From a virus, in the IMG/VR virus record IMGVR_UViG_3300012521_000001, positions 1 through 47,186 of that record: a stretch of 47,186 nucleotides of DNA. One strand, 5' to 3'. The translations under genes were made by a program, and so were the position numbers. Positions 1 through 6,915 of the stretch are shown here, one piece after another. The notes under the pieces were generated by a model. The model was not told where the DNA came from. It saw only the letters and a list, made by a program, of their open reading frames with translations, and made no database searches. Every line of letters starts with the position of its first letter. Positions within the stretch are counted from its first letter, which is position 1.

Positions 1-123
1 CCCGGCGGCTACGGTCTGATGACGGAGTACGGTGTCGGACGCGTGCGCATCAACATGTCGCGCGGTCCCGGCGCTCGCTTCGGTACTAGCACGCAGCTCG
101 GATTCGCCACCGAACAACCATAC
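1..123. repeat. Terminal direct repeat, identical to 47064-47186. Either an assembly overlap of a circular contig or true terminal redundancy.
   Basis: Base-by-base comparison: cccggcggctacggtctgatgacggag...caaccatac is present at both ends, 123/123 identical. Confidence 0.95.
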
Positions 124-579
124 AACTACGTGGCAACTCTGCTGGAGAGCGGAGCGAGCGGCGACGTCGTGCGTGCGTGGATCGACACGACCCGGCTGCG
201 CGACCCGATGCTCATCATCAACCGAAACGTCCAGCAGCAAACTACGCTGACCAATCCGGAGCCGATCGAAGGCTTCAACACCAACATCTTCTTCCGCTAC
301 GGTGGTCGGCTGCTGTTGACCTTCATGGGGTTGACGTACATCAGCGCGGGACCGGGATTCGTGGTCTACCAATTCGAGGTGGACGGTGTGCAGTACGGTA
401 TCTTTACGTCCAATCAAACCGACGTGTGGAAAGGCAACTTTTGCTCGACCATCATCGTCGACAACATCGCGGCAGGGCAGCACAACATCCGCGTGAATTG
501 GTATGTGAACACCGCTGGTACGACCGCCATCTTGCGTGGCGATTATTTCACGTCGCGGCTCTTTGGCATTCTGATCTAA
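1..579 (+). CDS. Tail fibre / receptor-binding protein, C-terminal part. 5'-partial in this window; it continues the ORF at 46431..47186 across the circular junction.
   Basis: Frame 1 is open from base 1 (PGGYGLMTEYGVGRVRINMS...) to the TAA at 577-579. The same peptide is encoded at 47064-47186. It is the last gene of the tail module. Confidence 0.75.
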   Translation, partial: PGGYGLMTEYGVGRVRINMSRGPGARFGTSTQLGFATEQPYNYVATLLESGASGDVVRAWIDTTRLRDPMLIINRNVQQQTTLTNPEPIEGFNTNIFFRYGGRLLLTFMGLTYISAGPGFVVYQFEVDGVQYGIFTSNQTDVWKGNFCSTIIVDNIAAGQHNIRVNWYVNTAGTTAILRGDYFTSRLFGILI

Positions 580-592
580 CGGAAGGGAGACT

Positions 593-1225
593 ATGCACTT
601 CCTGTCGTCCATTGACTTCTCACTCCCCGTGTGGCTCGTGCTGGCGGTCATCATCAGCACGCTGCTGCTATTCGTCGCTGTTGCTGCGCTGCTGACAAAG
701 ATCGCGCAGCACCTGGGCGCGTTCGCCTCGGCACTCGCTACACACATGGAGTTAAACAAGCAGCTTGGCTTGGAGCTTCAGCAGGCGAATCAGCAGCGTC
801 GGGAGCTTCAGGAGAAATACGACAGGCTGGAGAGCGACTACAAGCAGATCAAAGGCGACAACAGCCGGCTCACCAGCCGGGTCAGCCAGCTCGAACTAGA
901 CAAAAATTCCAACGCCGAGGTCGTCCAGGCGCTCACGGCGCAGCTATCGATGGTGAAGGCCGATCTGGAGAAAGAGCGTGAACAGCGGCAGGCGCTGGAG
1001 ACCAGACTCAACAACGAGCGCCAGGAGCACGAGCGCATCATCTGTGAAATGCGCTCCCAGATCGAGCAGCTTTCCGAAGCCAATGCCAAGCTGGTGCTAG
1101 AGAATCAGTCGCTGCGGAAACAGGTCGATGAGCTGTGCAATCGCGCCAAGCAGGAAAACGGTGCGAAAGCGCAGCCAGGGAAAACGGAGAAGCCGGAGAA
1201 GCCGACTGAGAGGAAGGAGAATTGA
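593..1225 (+). CDS. Membrane-anchored coiled-coil protein (lysis-cassette associated; function unknown)
   Basis: GGAAGGGAG RBS. N-terminal TM helix LPVWLVLAVIISTLLLFVAVAALL, then a long heptad-like Q/E/L/K-rich region and a KPEKP tail. The stop overlaps the next gene. Confidence 0.7.
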   Translation: MHFLSSIDFSLPVWLVLAVIISTLLLFVAVAALLTKIAQHLGAFASALATHMELNKQLGLELQQANQQRRELQEKYDRLESDYKQIKGDNSRLTSRVSQLELDKNSNAEVVQALTAQLSMVKADLEKEREQRQALETRLNNERQEHERIICEMRSQIEQLSEANAKLVLENQSLRKQVDELCNRAKQENGAKAQPGKTEKPEKPTERKEN

Positions 1226-1227
1226 GC

Positions 1228-1629
1228 ATGTTCAACAATCCGACGATCCAATCTATTGTGACCATCGGCGCCTCGGTGCTGCTGGTCATCGTCTTCGTGT
1301 TGTTGGCGCTGCTGCTGATGTGGCTCAGCCTCGTCCTGCTCAAGCGCATCCAGCGCGAGATGGCGCGCGCGGGTGTCACACCGGGGCAGGTGGACGAAAC
1401 GCTCGACTGGCTGCAAGGGCTGCCGGCGGCGATCCAGCCGCTATTCGACGAACCGACGGATCTAGCAATCATCCTTATCGCTTCGGCCCTGCGAAAAGAT
1501 CCGGTCGCAGTCGTCAACCGGATCGAGATGGTTCTCCGCGCGGCGGCGAAGCTCACCGGCTTCCTGCCTGAAGTGCGCGACGCCTTTGGGCTGAACCCGC
1601 AGGTGCCGCAGGAGGCTGATGGCGAATGA
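1228..1629 (+). CDS. Small membrane protein, holin candidate
   Basis: AGGAAGGAGA RBS 7 nt upstream of ATG 1228 (the ORF track starts at TTG 1222). Roughly 32-residue hydrophobic stretch IQSIVTIGASVLLVIVFVLLALLLMWLSLVLL. ATGA overlap with the next gene. Confidence 0.65.
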   Translation: MFNNPTIQSIVTIGASVLLVIVFVLLALLLMWLSLVLLKRIQREMARAGVTPGQVDETLDWLQGLPAAIQPLFDEPTDLAIILIASALRKDPVAVVNRIEMVLRAAAKLTGFLPEVRDAFGLNPQVPQEADGE

Positions 1630-2060
1630 TCCAGCACACTTTTCACTGGGCACAGCCGGTCAATCTGTCGCTGCTGCACCTGGAGATGGTCGCGGAGTTC
1701 GGAGAGCAGTTCTTCGGCTTCACCGCCAGCGAGGGGCAGATCACCGGGCACTTCGATGATGCGCTCGGCGACGATGACGGCGAGCTGAGGGCCGACGTGC
1801 TGGCTGCTGCGCAGGCGGTGCTAGAGGCGCACGACCACACCAAGCGCACGCCCGACCAGGAAGCCGCCGAGAGCGAGCAAGAGGCGATCACCACACTCAA
1901 GGTGACGGCGCAAGAAACCGCAGCGTCGCTTGAGGTGGCGCTGGAGAATTGGCAGACGCTGACTGCCGATGACAAGGACGACCTGCTCAAACAACTCGCG
2001 CAGACACAGGTGCAGATGCTGCTCGCGCTTGCTCGTCTGCTGAGACAATCTGGAGGATAG
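1626..2060 (+). CDS. Acidic hypothetical protein
   Basis: Translationally coupled to its neighbours (ATGA overlap). D/E-rich helical sequence. No motif recognised. Confidence 0.6.
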   Translation: MIQHTFHWAQPVNLSLLHLEMVAEFGEQFFGFTASEGQITGHFDDALGDDDGELRADVLAAAQAVLEAHDHTKRTPDQEAAESEQEAITTLKVTAQETAASLEVALENWQTLTADDKDDLLKQLAQTQVQMLLALARLLRQSGG

Positions 2061-2062
2061 TG

Positions 2063-3763
2063 ATGCGTCGTCTGTCTGCCCTGTTGGTGGCGCTGCTGCT
2101 TGTGCTGGCTGGCTGCGCGTTCGAGGTGGTCGAGGTCGCACCGGGACACCATGTCGTGCGCCCCTGGCAGCCGACCGCTGGCCCGACCGAGCCACCGACC
2201 GTCACGCCGACACCGAGCGCGACGCTGACGCCGACGCCCAGCCAGACGCCCAGCCAGACGCCGACGCCGGAAACCGACCCGACACCGACGCCGGAAACCG
2301 GCCTGACGCCGACGCCGGGCAGCGGGGCGGACAAGGTGTGTCTGGCTACGACCGGCGCGGCGATTAACCTGCGTGCGGACCACAGCACCAATGCGACTAT
2401 CCTGGACAATGTCGACCCCGGCACACGCATGACCGTACTCCGCATTTGGGTGGTTCAGGATGTGACTAACGAGTGGCTACTCGTGCGGGTGCGAGGCCGC
2501 AGTGGGGTGACGCGCGAGGGCTGGATCTTCCGCGGAAGCACTGTGTTTCTCGGTGTTGACGACACCGAAGAGCTGTGCTGGGAAGTGCCGCTGGATGGGC
2601 CAGGCGCGGTGCCAACACCCGCGCCGACCGCGACACCCGTGCCGGGACCGACCTGGACACCGGTCCCCACTGGTCCAGCACCAACGCAGTGTGCCTATGT
2701 GCACCCCACGGCGACGATGTCCATCCGCTCGACCTGGAGCACGTCTGGCACACGACTGGGGCTGCTCCCACCGAACACGCGCGTCGTGGTCGGGCACATC
2801 TACCCAGACCGCAACGACAATCGATGGGCATACATCGAGTACAATGGCATTACTGGGTGGGTGGCTGTTGACATCGGAACTATCCACTATGGAGACCTGG
2901 TCGGGGACTGTTCCCGTGTCCCACGCAATCAGCCCACGGTCAGCTACAACACTGCAGTGGGTGTGCGCACTGTACCTGGGGCGGTGGGATTCGAAGAGAT
3001 GTACCCTGTCCTTGCTGGGAAGGGTATACCTTATGGGGTCAGCCCATACGCCAGCCTGAACTATTGCGTGGATGCCCTGGAAAATGGGGGCATCTGCGTG
3101 TTCAGACCTGGGTTCCCCGATTGCCCAGAGCCACGCGGTGTGGGCAGTGCCATTGAAAGCGCACTAGACTTTATGCGCCATGCGGAGCACGCTGCCAATG
3201 TTCTCGCACCCTATGCCAACACCGGAAGAGTTTGGATAGAGCCCATCAATGAGTGCATGCACACCCCAATGTCTGGGGAGCTACTGGGCTGGTGGGGCAC
3301 TTGGATGGACACCTACATCGACGAGGCAGCCGCGCGTGGCTGGCCACCACTGGCACTGCCAGGTCTCCCACCAGGCCATGGCGACGAGCATATGTTCTCG
3401 GTGTGGCGTCCAGTCCTGCTGTCCCTCAAGGCCAATGGGGGATTGTTCAGCATGCACGATTATACCTTCAACAGTCGCACCAATCTTTGCATCTGCGACG
3501 AATGGGAAGCATGCCGGCATGTGAGAAACCATAGTCTAATGCTGCGGCAGGGGTATGAGATTGGGTTTACCATCACCGAAGCAGCAAGATGGGCAGGCGA
3601 AGCTCCGGTCGATGTCGCCGATATGGCCTGCTGGGTCAACCGTGTGCGGTCTGAGCACCCGTTTGTGCACTCGGTGTGGCTGTGGGTTGGGGGACATCAT
3701 CCAGCGTGGCCACTCGCAAATCTGGATGGACATTACAAGGCAATAGCGGAGCGAGTGCACTGA
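2063..3763 (+). CDS. Secreted lipoprotein with PT-rich linkers, two SH3b-like domains and a C-terminal clan GH-A-like (TIM-barrel) glycosidase domain. Endolysin / cell-envelope hydrolase candidate.
   Basis: GGAGGA RBS. Signal peptide with lipobox MRRLSALLVALLLVLAGC. Two SH3b-like segments (INLRADHSTNATIL...EGWIF and MSIRSTWSTSG...GWVAVD). IEPINE (acid/base-like NE) and FTITEAA (nucleophile-like TE) motifs in the last ~300 aa. Confidence 0.7.
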   Translation: MRRLSALLVALLLVLAGCAFEVVEVAPGHHVVRPWQPTAGPTEPPTVTPTPSATLTPTPSQTPSQTPTPETDPTPTPETGLTPTPGSGADKVCLATTGAAINLRADHSTNATILDNVDPGTRMTVLRIWVVQDVTNEWLLVRVRGRSGVTREGWIFRGSTVFLGVDDTEELCWEVPLDGPGAVPTPAPTATPVPGPTWTPVPTGPAPTQCAYVHPTATMSIRSTWSTSGTRLGLLPPNTRVVVGHIYPDRNDNRWAYIEYNGITGWVAVDIGTIHYGDLVGDCSRVPRNQPTVSYNTAVGVRTVPGAVGFEEMYPVLAGKGIPYGVSPYASLNYCVDALENGGICVFRPGFPDCPEPRGVGSAIESALDFMRHAEHAANVLAPYANTGRVWIEPINECMHTPMSGELLGWWGTWMDTYIDEAAARGWPPLALPGLPPGHGDEHMFSVWRPVLLSLKANGGLFSMHDYTFNSRTNLCICDEWEACRHVRNHSLMLRQGYEIGFTITEAARWAGEAPVDVADMACWVNRVRSEHPFVHSVWLWVGGHHPAWPLANLDGHYKAIAERVH

Positions 3764-3798
3764 GTCCGGCGCACAAGTCCGGCGCGCGAGTCCGGTGC
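3763..3798. repeat. Three direct copies of AGTCCGG(C/T)GC with 13-bp phasing
   Basis: AGTCCGGCGC at 3763-3772 and 3776-3785; AGTCCGGTGC at 3789-3798. They lie immediately after the stop codon of the hydrolase gene. Confidence 0.8.
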
Positions 3799-3820
3799 AG
3801 CGCTGGTGGATAGGGTAGGG

Positions 3821-4091
3821 TAGCCCAAAAGTACTACTCACGGGAAAACTTTACCCCGCGACCCCGTGGGATCACCCCTTTTGAAAACTTTTATACAACA
3901 AAAATATGGGTTGGATTGGTGTTATATAAGTTTATGGAAAAGGTATTCCCACGGGGTATGTGTTGAATTAATAGGCCACCGAGAATCATTAATTCCACGC
4001 TCAAATTCGCTTAGTAGAGATATTAAAAGGCAACTTTTTGCCTTTACCCCGTGGGTCCCCCGTGGGATTTTTCGGAGGTGTGTCCACGGGG
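3821..4091. repeat. AT-rich non-coding region with CTTTACCCCGTGGG / CCACGGGG iterons. Its core, 3826-3957, is homologous to 23025-23160.
   Basis: Forward CCCCGTGGG at 3862-3870, 4047-4055 and 4058-4066. Reverse CC(C)ACGGGG at 3948-3956 and 4083-4091. Shared blocks with the 23-kb locus: cgggaaaactttaccccg.gaccccgtgg, gaaaactttt, tatataa.gtt.atggaaaa, ccacggggt. The GC content is visibly much lower than in the flanking genes. Confidence 0.8.
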
Positions 4092-4281
4092 AAAAATAAA
4101 GATCATTAAGACGCATCGAGGGAGAAACTGTTACAGACGCATTGCATCTTAATTGACCAGCCTTAATTTTACTGGGCAAAATTGCCAATTTCCAGCAATT
4201 AAGTGAAAAGTAAGTTTTGGTGATTTGCGTCAAAGCCCCCAGCCTCAGCTGTGGGGATGAAGCGCCGCTCCCGTTCTGATT

Positions 4282-4309
4282 TTGCTTTCCAGCGAATGTG
4301 AGGTATAAT
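4282..4309 (+). promoter_or_regulatory. Near-consensus sigma70-type promoter (TTGCTT-N16-TATAAT)
   Basis: -35 TTGCTT at 4282-4287 and -10 TATAAT at 4304-4309, with a 16-nt spacer. Located upstream of the first early gene. Confidence 0.7.
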
Positions 4310-4311
4310 TA

Positions 4312-4483
4312 GTGTTGTCGAGGCACGATATGCGAGCTAAGATTGCGAGTAGAACACCCTGCCGGGCTCGCGTGCCTCGACAACACGCAATCGCCGGTGG
4401 GGTGTTCTGCTTTGAGGCAAGCACTCCTGCCGTCTAGAAGGACGCAGCGTTCTGGAGCATGAGAAGAAGCGGAGAATGAACTG
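4312..4483 (+). promoter_or_regulatory. Structured 5' leader or possible cis-regulatory RNA (long hairpin with pseudoknot potential)
   Basis: 16-bp stem: gtgttgtcgaggcacg (4312-4327) pairs with cgtgcctcgacaacac (4371-4386). It is extended by cgagc (4333-4337) pairing with gctcg (4366-4370). The loop segment agaacaccc (4351-4359) is complementary to gggtgttct (4400-4408). Confidence 0.55.
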
Positions 4484-5077
4484 ATGATACAGCACACATA
4501 TAGTGAAATAATGGCGCTACGACCATGCTGCGACCCTGCCGAGCGCGGCTATTGCACGCGCGACTGGGTCGGCACGGCACTGGACGTGTTGCGCCACCCA
4601 TCCGTGCGTGCACAGGACAAACTGTGGCTCGTGCTGCGTGAGGACTGGATTCCCGCGCCCGTGCTGCACGAGTTCGCATGCTGGTGCGCGGAGCAGGCGC
4701 TGGCGCTGGTAGAGGCGCCAGATCCGCACAGCGTTGAGGCTATCGCAACCAAGCGCGCGTGGCTGCGCGGTGAGGCGACCGACGATGAGCTTGCCGCCGC
4801 GCAGGATGCCGCCCGTGCCGCCACCTGGGGTGCCGCCCGGACCATCGCCTGGGGCACCGCCAGTGCCGCACAGGACGCCGCCAGGGAGGCCGCCTTGGCC
4901 ACCGCCCTGGCCGCCACACAGGACGCTGCTAGATCTGCCGCCTGGGAGGCCGCCTGGGAGGCCGCCTTAGCAGCCGCCTGGGCCGCACAGGCTGCCGGCA
5001 GGACCGACGCCCGTGCCGCTGCCCGTGCTGCACAAGTTGAGCAGCTGATTGCGATGCTCGCGCCCTTTGAGGCGTAG
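4484..5077 (+). CDS. Ala/Trp-rich helical-repeat protein (Imm5-like predicted-immunity-protein architecture?). First gene of the early operon.
   Basis: GGAGAA RBS. N-terminal region: CC..RDW...DKLWLVLRED...LHEFACWCAEQAL...DPHSVEAI..KRAWLRGEAT.DEL. It is followed by repeats of AAQDAAR.AAW / AAWEAA. Confidence 0.7.
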   Translation: MIQHTYSEIMALRPCCDPAERGYCTRDWVGTALDVLRHPSVRAQDKLWLVLREDWIPAPVLHEFACWCAEQALALVEAPDPHSVEAIATKRAWLRGEATDDELAAAQDAARAATWGAARTIAWGTASAAQDAAREAALATALAATQDAARSAAWEAAWEAALAAAWAAQAAGRTDARAAARAAQVEQLIAMLAPFEA

Positions 5078-5166
5078 CGCACGCAGACGAGTGGGGCGGT
5101 GCGTGCGATGCGCCGTCTTCGTGAGCAATAACACATGTTTGAGCAGGGGAATTCAGGAAACTAATC

Positions 5167-6234
5167 ATGCTAAGTCTCCCAGAGCATAGTGTCACCAGTC
5201 TCGACGCGATCCACCATGCCGATGCGCTGGCGTGGCTGCGCTCTGCGCCGTCCGACTGGCTGAATTGCGTGGTCACGTCACCACCTTACTTCGGGCTGCG
5301 TGACTATGCCGCGTCGGGGCAAATCGGACTCGAAGACACACCCACCGCGTATGTCGAGCGGCTGGTGGCCGTGTTCCGTGAGATTCGCCGCGTGCTGCGA
5401 CCGGATGGTGTGTGCTGGCTGAACTTGGGCGACTCATACGCGGCGAAGAACCTGATCGGGATTCCGTGGCGGGTAGCCTTTGCGCTCCAAGACGATGGCT
5501 GGATACTTCGATCAGACGTGATCTGGCACAAGCCGAACCCCATGCCGGAGAGTGTCACTGACCGGCCCACCAAGTCGCATGAGTATGTGTTCCTGCTGGT
5601 CAAAAGTGCGCGGTACTGGTATGACACGGACGCGGTGCGGGAGCCGCATAAACATCCGAACAATGCGAGGCGTGTTGACAAGGGATCGAATTTTCAAAAC
5701 GAGGCTATGATGAGGCACGACCCCGGAATATGGCACGGTCGCGCGGGCAATCATCCTTCCGGTCGCAATAAACGCACCGTCTGGACCGTGTCGACCGAAC
5801 CCAGACCATTTCGTCATTTTGCTATGATGCCTAGCAAGCTCGCAGAAATTATGATTTTAGCCGGTTGCCCAGCGCAGGTCTGCGTGGTGTGTGGCGCACC
5901 GTATGAGCGTGTGGTGGAGCGGGAGCGCGTCAAGGTAAGCGACTCGCCGCGCTATTCTGGTGTTAGCATGCGGAACGATGCAGACAACGCACGCTTTGCA
6001 CATGTCAGAACCACCATCGGCTGGCGCGCGACGTGCTCATGCGGAGCCGCCACGCGCCCCGGCATCGTCTATGACCCCTTTATGGGCAGCGGCACCACCG
6101 CCATCGTTGCCCAGCGCCTGGGCCGCCACTACATCGGCACGGACATCAATCGCGAGTACGTCGAGCTGGCGCGCACACGGCTCCGCTACCGTGGCGACGA
6201 CCGCCGGATGCTGCGTGAGCAGCAGAAAGGATGA
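5167..6234 (+). CDS. DNA methyltransferase, beta-class N6-adenine / N4-cytosine type (N4/N6 MTase family)
   Basis: Motif IV VVTSPPYFGL lies near the N-terminus and motif I DPFMGSGTT near the C-terminus, which is the beta-class order. No restriction endonuclease gene is adjacent. Confidence 0.9.
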   Translation: MLSLPEHSVTSLDAIHHADALAWLRSAPSDWLNCVVTSPPYFGLRDYAASGQIGLEDTPTAYVERLVAVFREIRRVLRPDGVCWLNLGDSYAAKNLIGIPWRVAFALQDDGWILRSDVIWHKPNPMPESVTDRPTKSHEYVFLLVKSARYWYDTDAVREPHKHPNNARRVDKGSNFQNEAMMRHDPGIWHGRAGNHPSGRNKRTVWTVSTEPRPFRHFAMMPSKLAEIMILAGCPAQVCVVCGAPYERVVERERVKVSDSPRYSGVSMRNDADNARFAHVRTTIGWRATCSCGAATRPGIVYDPFMGSGTTAIVAQRLGRHYIGTDINREYVELARTRLRYRGDDRRMLREQQKG

Positions 6235-6413
6235 TTGCTATGCCTTCTCAGTATGTGCCTGAAAACGAGGACCATGACGAGTTTGAACTGGCTTATTTGC
6301 TCATCACGCCCAAGCACATCGAGCGCCAGGGGATGGACTGGCTGCCTTATGTGGTGGTCGTCGTGGCGTTCCTGGTGGTGTTTGGCGCGCTGTCACTCCT
6401 GGGGGTGCTATGA
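6231..6413 (+). CDS. Small membrane protein
   Basis: ATGA overlaps at both ends. C-terminal TM helix PYVVVVVAFLVVFGALSLLGVL. Confidence 0.55.
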   Translation: MIAMPSQYVPENEDHDEFELAYLLITPKHIERQGMDWLPYVVVVVAFLVVFGALSLLGVL

Positions 6414-6787
6414 TGATCCTAACGCCAGAACAAATTCAGCTAATCGTAGAGGGCCGAAAGACGCAGATGCGGTGCGTCGTCAAGACCGATGAAGAATTGC
6501 GCCAGTGGGAAGTCGGACGCACCTACGTGGTGCAGTCAGGGCACGGAAAACCTGCGGCAGCACACATCCGCATCACCGGCATCCGGCAAGAGCGGCTGCG
6601 GGATATCAGCGAGGAAGACGTACTCGCGGAAGGCTGTGGTTTGGTGCGCTGGGCCGGGGAGCCTCAAGAAGGCTGGCCTGCGACCGCTGGGTTCGCCGAA
6701 GCGTGGGACCGCATCAACACACGCAATGGCACGCGCTGGGTGGATAACCCACTGGTGTGGGTGCTCGATTTTGAGGTAGTGCGCTGA
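6410..6787 (+). CDS. ASCH domain protein
   Basis: IVEGRKTQMRCVVK (GxKTxxxR-like ASCH signature) and ISEEDVLAEG. Typical size of about 125 aa. Confidence 0.7.
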   Translation: MMILTPEQIQLIVEGRKTQMRCVVKTDEELRQWEVGRTYVVQSGHGKPAAAHIRITGIRQERLRDISEEDVLAEGCGLVRWAGEPQEGWPATAGFAEAWDRINTRNGTRWVDNPLVWVLDFEVVR

Positions 6788-6830
6788 TGCATGTCGAGCA
6801 CCAGGACCGCAAGCTGAAGCACCGGCTTCA

Positions 6831-6880
6831 AAAATAGCCCAAAAGTACTATTTTCCAAAACGGTGGGTGTAGGGTACAAT
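6831..6880 (+). promoter_or_regulatory. Promoter-operator element, degenerate member of the repeated family (AAATAG-N10-CTATTT followed by TTTCCA-N17-TACAAT)
   Basis: aaaatagcccaaaagtactattttccaaaacggtgggtgtagggtacaat. The upstream half is nearly identical to the elements at 23.2, 24.1, 25.5 and 26.3 kb. -10 TACAAT at 6875-6880. Confidence 0.65.
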
Positions 6881-6915
6881 ATTTGCAGCATTCAATGATC
6901 GTGAGGAGTCCGAGA

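Noticed and set aside
3866-4233. ORFs in the AT-rich region (3866..4099 on the + strand, 3922..4233 on the - strand)
   Set aside because: No RBS. The composition is unlike every supported gene. The sequences are built from the iteron and hairpin repeats. The translations look non-protein-like.
3764-4483. tRNA or other canonical RNA gene in the large intergenic regions (also 21638-21989, 22881-23286 and 26908-27167)
   Set aside because: I could not find a cloverleaf arrangement or a GTTCGAATC-like T-arm in any of them. A tRNAscan/Infernal run is still advisable, because this was done by eye.
4734-4970. Pro-rich 78-aa ORF inside the Ala/Trp-repeat gene
   Set aside because: It is an alternative frame of GCC/GCN-rich repeats (Ala codons read as Pro/Arg). 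It has no independent support.
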